64,000 bases of DNA, taken from assembly GCA_032718475.1 (NCBI GenBank), contig JAUCBJ010002996.1, forward strand, positions 2,771-66,770, given 5' to 3'. Below the pieces are notes generated by a model, which saw nothing but the letters and a program-made list of their open reading frames with translations, was not told where the DNA came from and searched no databases. This stretch comes from Nemertoderma westbladi. Its lineage: Eukaryota > Animalia > Xenacoelomorpha. Below are positions 13,501 to 24,087 of the stretch, piece after piece (position 1 is the stretch's first letter; each line of letters starts with the position of its first letter). Both the position numbers and the translations under genes were made by a program.

Positions 13501-14086
13501 CCCGTCGTCCCTCAGCTACCCACTCAACCGCCGAAGCGGGAGTCGCCAACGTTGTAGCGGGCGAGCGAGAGACGACGGGCGATAAATTCTTAATATCTCG
13601 CTCGGCGTCCAGGATGGGTTCGGACTCGGGAACAGTCCTACTGGGCACAGGTAGTTTCGTGCTGTGCAAAGGGAATTTAGAGGTAGGTTCTGGGAGTACA
13701 GGTGTCTCTATCACCGCAGGGGTGGCTTTGAGAACAGGCCTAATTATTTCAGACTCATCTACTATAGTAGGGAGTCTTTCTACTGTAATAATTTGGTCTG
13801 TGGGTTCTGTACTACCTAAGTCTGTGCTAGCTAGTCTCACCGCAGGAGGCAAATTAGGTAACTTCGGACAGTGTGGCATTCTTCTACGCCTGCTTGAAAA
13901 AGATTTATTACCTCTACTTTCGGGATCTCTTATATCACCTTCATCGGAGGAGGCAAATAACTGTCTTCCAATTTGTCTCCTCAAGTCTGCTTCTGCCACT
14001 GCCTCTGCCGCTTTTCTTTCCGCTTCTGCCGCTGCTACTTTTCTTTCTTCTATCCTTTCAAGACACTGTCCAAGTCGAAGACTCAT
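10514..14086 (-). CDS. BEL/Pao Gag-protease polyprotein with in-frame internal deletion (no RT or integrase)
   Basis: Three BEL-type zinc knuckles (CVLCDGPHRLNVC, CYNCLRRGHQRRTC, CAKCGAKHHILLH), aspartyl protease LLDSGST, then directly the RNase H end motif WRYCPKTMNIADIASRG and YSSWNRL. First ATG is at 14086; the ORF track begins at TTG 14101. Confidence 0.9.
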   Translation of the reverse strand: MSLRLGQCLERIEERKVAAAEAERKAAEAVAEADLRRQIGRQLFASSDEGDIRDPESRGNKSFSSRRRRMPHCPKLPNLPPAVRLASTDLGSTEPTDQIITVERLPTIVDESEIIRPVLKATPAVIETPVLPEPTSKFPLHSTKLPVPSRTVPESEPILDAERDIKNLSPVVSRSPATTLATPASAVEWVAEGRREMGLLLEQLREHCLCSSQQVREMEETVQQLKGTVRESRLELQKVQQSIALERDKLVSTQKGIPPPPVTMCQPVRSEVSHAQGVEPTCIYTASEVETPIVNPIKGNYKPVDNDISSRLDNNPRNLYTDNSLFNNTMAQESFTRQMTRTEARQAVKVGEIVKFNGDEMKWLPFNEYYKDNIQNSVLSNGEKLRFLIECLEGPPKSMALKFIGHPDGLRQVWDTLNIRYGNRTNIARYLYAKLMAPRKFLSSGIIEFSDEIQEICRQLDWLGKSHEYQNSMVVGALASTLPKGGVGTRWDKKVLYMMEQQQRDPTMADLMSFLDSEVKLQLIKQSREKAESKVSEKPVSRRRVTPVCYTDDGESQTSQGEDSGKDTDRSYYVNKMPKDQVSKSKSRPNDRREPVQKTPPTSPKRIQVRKPEERTSVHHIAKVKVSNIKPKCVLCDGPHRLNVCDEFLRKSLEDRREVMWDKRLCYNCLRRGHQRRTCYSDARCAKCGAKHHILLHTEFERNSSSQVSESELHVQFSDVNDTDQSSEMEGFYTDEFSDQNESCYLINTTAVYRALMHEKDTDSDLTLTTSDQQPSWKAPTSNIGIREFPVVQLRVHGPQKSYIVNALLDSGSTGTFIDKELAEDIFAGQPKFRTKLNMSGIMQVWKSAVAADYYIGELSTPQDKLGEHSIRSVKMVAIKNFATTQVEPYNWDEDDHAQQLNIPRFDTDYPGVQILIGQNAHEALETLEKRPAQPQPLQTYAVRTRVGWYLTGPSRRTLRERLLQDRVCQVSEWEDDTSEGDDPTEGTPYSSDNDDISSNVDQWRYCPKTMNIADIASRGATPQELTDTPDRLGEPDFLSKEDEWPPHLTPAEIRQAKGAEKVKPKTRTGGSELFEPGIDLSVLHIARDDAVDLDLPTASGSFMKIRESDWSSGTSDVSQGLSPLLQGATDHYSSWNRLCKAVVYLERCFYHHYSRTKRKPGIVFGMQRLNHPVGRLCLPEGNGGLSGNC

Positions 14087-16390
14087 TCTAACACTTTTCA
14101 AAAAACTATCTGACAGTGCCCGTTTTGTGTCAGGTATGTTTGATTGTACAGTTGAATGCCTACTGCTATATTACAGTTAAAGCAAGTCTAGTAATTCAGT
14201 ATCACTGTTAGCCTAGTAATTAATTACCGATACTGCTACTCAGTGTAGCGTGATATATATATAATATATTAGAATACCGGTATGCTTATAGTATATATAT
14301 AAGTATTATTACAGACTAGGTTTATCACAGAATATCGGTATATAATTTTAGCATAAATATATAAATATATAATAGGCCTATCGTGAATACCGGTATACAG
14401 CTTACAGTTTATAGTATATATAAGTATAATTCTGGACTAGAATTAATTACAAAGTACCGGTATAATTTCAGCCTAAATTTATAGAAATAAAGATAATAGG
14501 CTTATCGTAAATACCGGTATATCAATTATTTTAAATAATTGAATTTCTGAATTTTAGGGTTACTTGGTTACTTTACTTACTTTATTACCGTTATTTGAGC
14601 AGTAGTCCAACTGATATTGAAACCTAATGGTTGTATGACAGGCCTACTATCTATAAATCGTTAGAGTTGATTTATAATATATATATACCCGTTTAATGGG
14701 TTTTGTCAGTATTTGAAATAAATGTTATTATTTCTGGGAAGGAGTCACTACACAGAAGCTGTGCGCTCTCAGTGAAGTGCTACTTGTTAGACACTAAAAC
14801 AAATAATTCTAATTTACCTAAGTTACTTAATACTACAAATTACGTACAATTCGGGTGAGATTTCAATCTCTAAATAAACACAAAAATTTACAAAAAACAC
14901 AAATACGAATTTTTAGGGTAATTTTACAAGAAGTCTACAAACCAGCCTAACAAAGGGTTAGAAATCTGGTTATTACAACGGACAGGGTACTACGGTATTT
15001 GAAAATAATAAGTAGTAGTGAATATATTACGCTGTCCAGATAGGAAAATACCACCGTCTGACGACCTATAGCCGTATCGCTATAGGTACTACGTTATGTA
15101 TCACGGAGTGTCCCTACCTAGAAGTTAATTACCGCGGTCTACCAGAACCAACGTGCCTATTAACCACTTTACAACACAATACACTGCCTACACACTAATT
15201 ACTTTCGGAAAGCACTGTACACTAAACCCTAAATTAGGTACGAGTACTTGTACAACAGATAATCAGTAGTTAAAAATACTTGAACAGCTAAAAGAACCAC
15301 GGCATCTGCTGGAGTGACCGGTGCACAAAATCACCAGTCTTTACCTACGCCAAGCAGCCCGTGTAGTACCGGGGTTAATTTAACTATAGCGGTATATATA
15401 ACAAGCACAATTACTGTAGGAATAAACTTGGGGAATGAATGTTGCGAATAATAGCATAAACTCTGAATAATAAATATTACGCTACGCGTACAAACTACTC
15501 AAACAAAATGCAGACCAAACACTGACAGACTACTATCAAGCCTAAACAAACTACGGTATGTGCAGACTCCGAAACGGTTAGTTAGTATGCGCGCTAACCG
15601 AGTAGTACGCCTTATTCTTTAAGAGGGGGTTTACCTCACAGCACTGGAAGCCCCTACTTACTAACTGGCACTTTATCGGACATGCACTCTACACACAACG
15701 CAATCCCTCAGACCTAATAACAGCTAGGCAACAATTCAGCCTACAGATTATCAAAATAAGAATATTACGCTACCCGTACAGACTACACAAACAAAGTACA
15801 GACCAAACGCTGTCAGCCTACTATCAAGCCTAAATAAACCACAGTACATGCAGACTCCAAAATGGTTAGTTAGTATGCGCGCTAACCGAGTAGTACGACT
15901 TATTCTTTAAGAGGGGGTTTACCTCACAGCACTGGAAGCCCCTACTTACTAACTGGCACTTTATTGGACATACACTCTACACACACTACAGTCCTTCAGA
16001 CTTAACAACAGTCAGACAACAGCTCAGCCTACAAATTCTCTATACAATCTGAACAGGCTTACACGCCTTCTGCTCAATATTGGCCTACAAACAAATAAAA
16101 CTGACAGAAATAAGTAAACCATACAAAGGAATAAGGGGTGATCAATCCCTAATCCCTTAGCAGCCTACAATATACAATATATCACAATCGAAATAATACT
16201 GCTGTACCTGTACTGCAGTAAGTACCGGTACGGGTGATCAGGCAGTCAGGCCTACTGGTTAACGGTCGACCGGTACTTTAGCTTTATTGCCTACCGCAAT
16301 ACAGAAGCAATATCTGCTATTGTTCTTTACCAGAACAATATTAAACTGCATTTAGTGCCTACACTGCAATACAGACTAAATATCCGTTAT

Positions 16391-17637
16391 TGTTCGCGCT
16401 TTCAGACCTTTGGCAGTTTAACCCGCCAAATTAGGATGTCTTCTAGATAATAAATCGCTTTTAGCCTCTGACAAGTATTTGATTCACTACACTAGTCGAA
16501 ACCAATCTGTGCGCGATCATTCACCCGCTGGATATACCCGGGAGATTGGGTTCGACGGCTTAATCGTATTGCTATGTAAGCCTACTGTATTATTCGACTG
16601 ATCGTGTTATATAATCTCTGACAATATTATTCACCTTCGGGGAATATTAGCAGTTCCTTTAGGACGTGGCGCTCTATCTATATAAACAGAGTTATGACTT
16701 AAACTACTCACAACGATATGGCTTAGTTATAATTCACATATATGGCGCATTCTTTAGGAAATGCTTCGTTATCAGTCTCACTCATACACAATGCTGCACA
16801 ATACTGCACACTAATCTGCCGATCTTCACTGATTTTAGTCACATATAAAAGGAACACAGACCGACTCATGTAGGGTCTATCAAATAACATTAGATTCACT
16901 TCAAACAACTTTAACATAAGTCGCAATCGTTATATGTAACCTGTCTCTCTTACCTTCGGTATATCAAGAATATTGGGGTTTCGGGGTTATTTCTCGTTAT
17001 TCCAATATAATATTTCATCAACCATATAATGAATAACCGACAGTAAATAGCAGTATAACGTTATAAAAGTATGCACGACAAGACCAGCCAAGCATTGAGT
17101 AAGTTGTTAACCATTGAGTTACCCAGTTGAGTTAGGTTAGTAGGTAAGTATTGAGTTGCACAGATAACGGATATATGTCCTTATAATTAAGCCTACTAGT
17201 GTTAGGCTAAAAGCAGAACAGCACAAAATATTCCAAAGCCGTTCTTCCTGGCTCAGGACAGAATGATAACACTGCCCATAATGCATTGCGTGATTTCTCG
17301 GAAATTTCTGTACAAGAGCAGTAAAAACGCTCTGATTGGTTGACTGAACTAAGAGACACCGTAGAACAAAGAAAATCGACACGTATGAATATCAGCTGTT
17401 AACCGTCGTCATAGTAACTACTGTTCAAGAGTATCTAGCCCCTTTTGCGTCACGGAATTGCCATAGAATCATGAACTATGCCTTCCACAGTACACATACG
17501 GAAGAAATAGCTCTTAGATCCTCTAAAAACACCGATACAGCAATAATACGGCCTCTTACGCCTATTAAACCAACTACAGAGTATTTTACGGGAAAAATAA
17601 GGAAAAATAACCGGGCAATTCAGCAAAAGCTTTTACA
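16391..17637 (-). repeat. 5' LTR
   Basis: Direct repeat of 6145-7391, upstream of gag on the minus strand. Confidence 0.95.
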
Positions 17638-17972
17638 CTATTAAAGAGGTGACAAGCCAAAGGATGTGTGGACGCGCTTTAGGCTGTCATCTACTAGCCA
17701 GCCGGTTGAGAAAGGTCGGTCGTGTCGCTCGGCTTATAGCGATCGGACTTGCCTAGGTCGGGAGCCGCAAGACGAATAGCATATAGTCGTGGAATCGTGC
17801 CCCAAGTTATTCCTAATTCGCCAGCAATTTCCTGGAATTTCAGCCTCGGTGACTTAACTGACACTACCGACACCGAGGCTATAAGTTTTATTTCAGAGTT
17901 CAATTAATAACCTCGATTAGAATTAATGTGGTGGCGGAAATTATTAGGTGTTTATATTTTCAAGTATAAATA

Positions 17973-20045
17973 CATACTTAAATCTATCGTAAATATTTTA
18001 ATATTTACCTTACTTCATTGTCTCGTACTTAAATTTACCGTAAATATTTACCTTACTTCATACTTAAATCTCCTCTAATATTTACCTTACTTCATACTTA
18101 AATCTACCGTAAATATTTTAATATTTACCTTACTTCATTGTCTCGTACTTAAATTTACCGTAAATATTTACCTTACTTCATACTTAAATCTACCGTAAAT
18201 ATTTTAATATTTACCTTACTTCATTGTCTCGTACTTAAATCTACCGTAAATATTTACCTTACTTCATACTTAAATCTACCGTAAATATTTACCTTACTTC
18301 ATACTTAAATCTACCGTAAATATTTTAATATTTACCTTACTTCATTGTCTCGTACTTAAATTTACCGTAAATATTTACCTTACTTCATACTTAAATCTAC
18401 CGTAAATATTTTAATATTTACCTTACTTCATTGTCTCGTACTTAAATTTACCGTAAATATTTACCTTACTTCATACTTAAATCTACCGTAAATATTTTAA
18501 TATTTACCTTACTTCATTGTCTCGTACTTAAATTTACCGTAAATATTTACCTTACTTCATACTTAAATCTACCGTAAATATTTTAATATTTGCCTTACTT
18601 CATTGTCTCGTACTTAAATCTACCGTAAATATTTACCTTACTTCATACTTAAATCTACCGTAAATATTTACCTTACTTCATACTTAAATCTACCGTAAAT
18701 ATTTACCTTACTTCATACTTAAATCTACCGTAAATATTTACCTTACTTCATACTTAAATCTACCGTAAATATTTACCTTACTTCATACTTAAATCTACCG
18801 TAAATATTTACCTTACTTCATACTTAAATTTACCGTAAATATTTACCTTACTTCATACTTAAATCTACCGTAAATATTCACATTACTTCATACTTAAATC
18901 TACCGTAAATATTTACCTTACTTCATACTTAAATCTACCGTAAATATTTTAATATTTACCTTACTTCATTGTCTCGTACTTAAATCTACCGCAAATATTT
19001 ACCTTACTTCATACTTAAATCTACCGTAAATATTTACCTTACTTCATACTTAAATTTACCGTAAATATTTACCTTACTTCATACTTAAATCTACCGTAAA
19101 TATTCACATTACTTCATACTTAAATTTACCGTAAATATTTACCTTACTTCATACTTAAATCTACCGTAAATATTTTAATATTTACCTTACTTCATTGTCT
19201 CGTACTTAAATCTACCGTAAATATTTACCTTACTTCATACTTAAATCTACCGTAAATATTTACCTTACTTCATACTTAAATTTACCGTAAATATTTACCT
19301 TACTTCATACTTAAATTTACCGTAAATATTTACCTTACTTCATACTTAAATCTACCGTAAATATTTACCTTACTTCATACTTAAATCTACTGTAAATATT
19401 TACCTTACTTCATACTTAAATTTACTGTAAATATTTACCTTACTTCATACTTAAATCTACCGTAAATATTCACATTACTTCATACTTAAATCTACCGTAA
19501 ATATTTACCTTACTTCATACTTAAATTTACCGTAAATATTTACCTTACTTCATACTTAAATTTACCGTAAATACTGTATTTACCTTACTTCATACTTAAA
19601 TCTACTGTAAATATTTACCTTACTTCATACTTAAATCTACCGTAAATATTCACATTACTTCATACTTAAATCTACCGTAAATATTTACCTTACTTCATAC
19701 TTAAATCTACCGTAAATATTAACCTTACTTCATACTTAAATCTACCGTAAATATTTACCTTACTTCATACTTAAATCTACCGTAAATATTAACCTTACTT
19801 CATACTTAAATCTACCGTAAATATTTACCTTACTTCATACTTAAATCTACCGTAAATATTTACCTTACTTCATACTTAAATCTACTGTAAATATTTACCT
19901 TACTTCATACTTAAATTTACTGTAAATATTTACCTTACTTCATACTTAAATCTACCGTAAATATTTACCTTACTTCATACTTAAATCTACCGTAAATATT
20001 TACCTTACTTCATACTTAAATCTACCGTAAATATTTACCTTACTT
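17973..20045. repeat. 35-bp satellite with a 51-bp variant unit
   Basis: Unit TAAATATTTACCTTACTTCATACTTAAATCTACCG, roughly 50 copies; 35-bp and 51-bp units largely alternate in the left part. Confidence 0.95.
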
Positions 20046-20310
20046 GGTTGTTTATCTACGACGATTGATAGTCGTTATGGCGGTTCTTTTGCTTGTTATA
20101 ATTTTGTTTTGTTTTGACTGTCAATAACTATCTAACTAGGCCTAGGCCGATTATACCGATATACCTATTTTTTAACTTTTCGTGTATTCGTTGATTGACG
20201 CTGTACTCTGTAGACTATCTCACATGCAATCCCGACACCAATTCACTGCTATCTTGCAAATATTTCTAAATCTAATTGAATTGCCCGGACGGGGGAAGGG
20301 TTTATGTTTA

Positions 20311-20427
20311 ACACTTCGAATTAGTCAACACTTCGAAATAGTCAACACTTCGAAATAGTCAACACTTCGAAATAGTCAACACTTCGAAATAGTCAACACT
20401 TCGAAAGAACATGTCAACACTTCGAAA
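20311..20427. repeat. 17-bp minisatellite
   Basis: AACACTTCGAAATAGTC about 6 times. Confidence 0.85.
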
Positions 20428-21442
20428 AGGAAAAATTATAATGTAAATAGAATGATAGTATATTTTACATTCCTCTGTTTGTGAGTGTCGTCATTATTGG
20501 TTAGGTTAGAGAGCATGACAGTGGATATGAACAAAGTTGAGACTATCCATTGGAAAACTATGAATTCTTAGAAATTATTAAAAAATCTACCTACAGGTCT
20601 GTAGGTCTGTAGTACGCCGGAAACAGTGCCGTGGAAAGTCACTGAGCTAATGAAATCAACGCCCAAACATTGGGAATCCCAGTATAATATATCCTGGCAT
20701 AGTGGCTCATTAAACATATATCTCACTGGTTTTAATTTGATACTTCACAGATCATTGTGTTAAAGTTTCAGAATAGTAGCTTTATAAATAAAACAAATAG
20801 AGTTGGGGTAATGGTCCCATTAATATATTAAAAAGTAAAGCTTGAGAAATTCTACCAAAACCATGACACTTTTTATAGCAAAGGTTTTATAGGTATAATA
20901 TGCCGTTTAGTAATGTTGCTATCCTTGATGAAAACTATTTTTGCAAGGTACTTATTATTAAAGTACTTAGTACTTATTTGCAAGCAGTCAGTCATCCAAC
21001 GAAAATACTTTATATTTCCTTCGCAACATTTTCACAATTTCAGTTGTTTTTAGCAGCTGTTTCTTTTGAAAGGGTTTGCGGAAAAATATCAATTTTCGGG
21101 CCATTTTTGGAGATTAATAAAATGTGCCTTAGGGCCACCAGAGGCGTAATCCGGCACTGAACCAAGCAGGACCATGAAGATATATTATTCTTCAGAGCAC
21201 TCATTAAAAAATTATAAATTGTCTATAAAGGCGACTGGCAACTTGGGATCTCGGGCCATAAAAACGTGTACAATCACTGTCTGATACATCAAGTCCTACA
21301 CGAACTTACAGTGACTGCGTCTCTTTCAACCAATTCGTCCGAGTCCCGATTGTTTTCTCAAAGGCACCCAACAGCTAAAAGAGCTGCCAGGATTAGAGAT
21401 GTTAACAGAAATAGAGACGACCTTTAACATTGTAGAGTTACA

Positions 21443-21582
21443 GTTTGTTCAGAAGTGGAAAAAATAAGAAAGCGCGTCACCGGGGGTTGAATCCCCGGTA
21501 TTCCGGTAGGCCGAAACGTACGTATAGCGCTGGTTCAACCCTCGGTGACGCGCTTTCTCATTTTTTGCACTTCTGAACAAAC
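21443..21582. repeat. Palindromic MITE-like element
   Basis: GTTTGTTCAGAAGTG..AGAAAGCGCGTCACCG and its reverse complement, arms about 50 bp. Confidence 0.8.
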
Positions 21583-22748
21583 CCATAATATTACACCTTT
21601 AATTACAGTTAAAACAGCTCATCTCCAATTTCTAGAGTTACAGTAAACGATTTACTCTTCACGAAGGAAAATACAAACTTCTCTGTGATTGAATTTAACT
21701 ACGTAAATAAACACTACCTATACAGTACTGTATATATTTATACAAAATAATACATGTGCATTAATGTATGTGTACACGTGGCAACTTTTTTGTTCGACAA
21801 CCTGAGTTTTTCACCAAGTTGCTAAGTAAGTTACCACGTACCGGCCTTTAGTAACGGGTATTACATCATAGTGGATGCAAAGTAGCGCTATGTTAATAAA
21901 AGGAACAGGTTTAATATGAATAATATAATTGGTGTTTATGAAAAAAAATAAACGAGACTGGATAGGACAACACGTACTTTCCTACTATAAAATGTGCCAG
22001 CCGTCACACAATCCACGGATGGTGACTTCGGCGTACCGGTACAAGAAAGTGGAATCAATATATATGAATAAATATAGTTGAAATACCTACTTCATGTAGT
22101 CATGCTGTAGACTTCACAATGTAGGGCAAGGCAATATATGAAGAGAAGTGATCGGTGACAAAACAACGGAGGCAACCTACAGGATCCTCTCTCTTGGCTG
22201 TTACCTATAAGGGAGAGCTTTGCATAGGCACTAATGTATAAATGCTTGGGACACAACAATCAGAAGCGAAATTTCAACAGCCTTTAGTCGGATTCGAACC
22301 CACGCCGCCAAACACTAATTTGAAAGCAGCTCGGCCAGGGGCGGATCCAGGAATTTAATTTCTATGGTGTGCACAATTTGTGAAGTTTATCTTTTGGTCT
22401 AAGGGCGATGCCCCAGCGGTTTCTGGGGGGCAGAACCCGCCCTCCTGTAGCCCTGGTGGGGGTAACTGGGACGAATTTTTATTTAGATTTTAATATAAAA
22501 AAATTTCATGCAAAAATAATAAAATGTTTCAATCGATTATCTGACATTTTCCATTGATTATTGATAATTTTCGATAACTAAAAATATATTTTTTTAATTT
22601 TAAAATATTTATTTTACTCATTGAACATTTAAAGGATTGGCAGTTATTAATTCTAGGAGATGAAATAATAATAATTTCTTTAAGTCATGGTCCTATATAT
22701 TAAATATATATTAAATAATAATTAGTAACTAATTACTACAACTAATAA

Positions 22749-22926
22749 GCAGCTTGATCTAGTGGTTACATTCCTGGGCTTCAATTCAGGAAGCCCTTGT
22801 TCGATCCCTAGATGGGGGCTGCACTATTTGGGCACTCTGCTTTAAATGCTGCATGCAGCGTAGCCCAACCCGAGCTTTCATCCTTGGATGGTCGGTAAAT
22901 GGGAACCAAGGCAACTTGGGAAATAT
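22749..22926 (+). mobile_element. tRNA-derived SINE head and body
   Basis: A-box-like CTAGTGGTT and B-box GTTCGATCC, then a SINE-like central segment CTTTCATCCTTGGATGGTCGGTAAATG. Confidence 0.6.
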
Positions 22927-24087
22927 AGTGGAAGGGTTTACTGTGAAAGATCACACATGGTGGTGAACAGGCATTCCTGTAGGAACCAGAGTGGAAGGGT
23001 TTACTGTGGGAGATCACCCGTAGTGGTGAACAGACATTCCTTTAAGTAACAGAGAGGAAGGGTTTACTGTGGAAGATCACTCATGGTGGTGAACAGGCAT
23101 TTCTTTAGGAAACAGAGTGGAATGGTTTACTGTGGAAGATCACCCATGGTGGTGAACAGGCATTCCTTTAGGAAACAGAGTGGAAGGGTTTACTGTGGAA
23201 GATCACCCATGGTGGTGAACAGGTATTCCTTTAGAAAACAGAGTGGAATGGTTTAATGTGGAAGATCACCCATGGTGGTGAACAGGCATTCCTTTATGAA
23301 ACAGAGTGGAAGGGTTTACTGTGGAAGATCACCCATGGTGGTGAACAGGTATTCCTTTAGAAAACAGAGTGGAATGGTTTAATGTGGAAGATCACCCATG
23401 GTGGTGAACAGGTATTCCTTTAGAAAACAGAGTGGAATGGTTTAATGTGGAAGATCACCCATGGCGGTGAACAGGCATTCCTTTATGAAACAGAGTGGGA
23501 GGGTTTACTGTGGAAGATCACCCATGGTGATGAACAGGCATTCATTTAGGAAACAGAGTGGAAGGGTTTACTGTGGAAGATCACCCATGGTGGTGAACAG
23601 GTATTCCTTTAGAAAACAGAGTGGAATGGTTTAATGTGGAAGATCACCCATGGTGGTGAACAGGCATTTCTTTAGGAAACAGAGTGGAATGGTTTACTGT
23701 GGAAGATCACCCATGGTGGTGAACAGGCATTCCTTTAGGAAACAGAGTGGAAGGGTTTACTGTGGAAGATCACCCATGGTGGTGAACAGGTATTCCTTTA
23801 GAAAACAGAGTGGAATGGTTTAATGTGGAAGATCACCCATGGTGGTGAACAGGCATTCCTTTATGAAACAGAGTGGAAGGGTTTACTGTGGAAGATCACC
23901 CATGGTGGTGAACAGGCATTCCTGTAGGAACCAGAGTGGAAGGGTTTAATGTGGAAGATCACCCATGGTGGTGAACAGGCATCCTTTAGGAAACCGAGTC
24001 GAAGGGTTTAATGTGGAAGATCGCCCATGGTGTTGAACGGGCATTCCTTTAGAAACGGAGTGGAAGGGTTTACTGCGGAAGATCACA
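22927..24087. repeat. 63-bp satellite, about 18 copies
   Basis: Unit GAGTGGAAGGGTTTACTGTGGAAGATCACCCATGGTGGTGAACAGGCATTCCTTTAGGAAACA. Confidence 0.95.

Larger units (their letters stand above)
6145..17637 (-). mobile_element. Non-autonomous BEL/Pao LTR retrotransposon with both LTRs, recently inserted
   Basis: Two 1247-bp TG...CA LTRs (6145-7391, 16391-17637) with about 3 differences seen by eye. 5-bp TSD CTATT at 6140-6144 and 17638-17642. Internal Gag-PR ORF and a short purine tract (GGGAGCGG on minus) next to the 3' LTR. Confidence 0.95.

Noticed and set aside
2071-17382. Repeated short ORFs (MALYLYKQ.., MRLMLK.., MSIFFV..)
   Set aside because: They recur only because they lie inside the LTRs, have non-ATG starts and show no protein features.
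17643-17950. Possible older LTR or PBS (TGGTGGCGG) into which the BEL element inserted
   Set aside because: No second LTR or coding remnant is visible in the window.
17973-24087. Tandem arrays as possible CRISPR arrays
   Set aside because: The units are contiguous with no unique spacers, there are no cas genes, and the context is eukaryotic.
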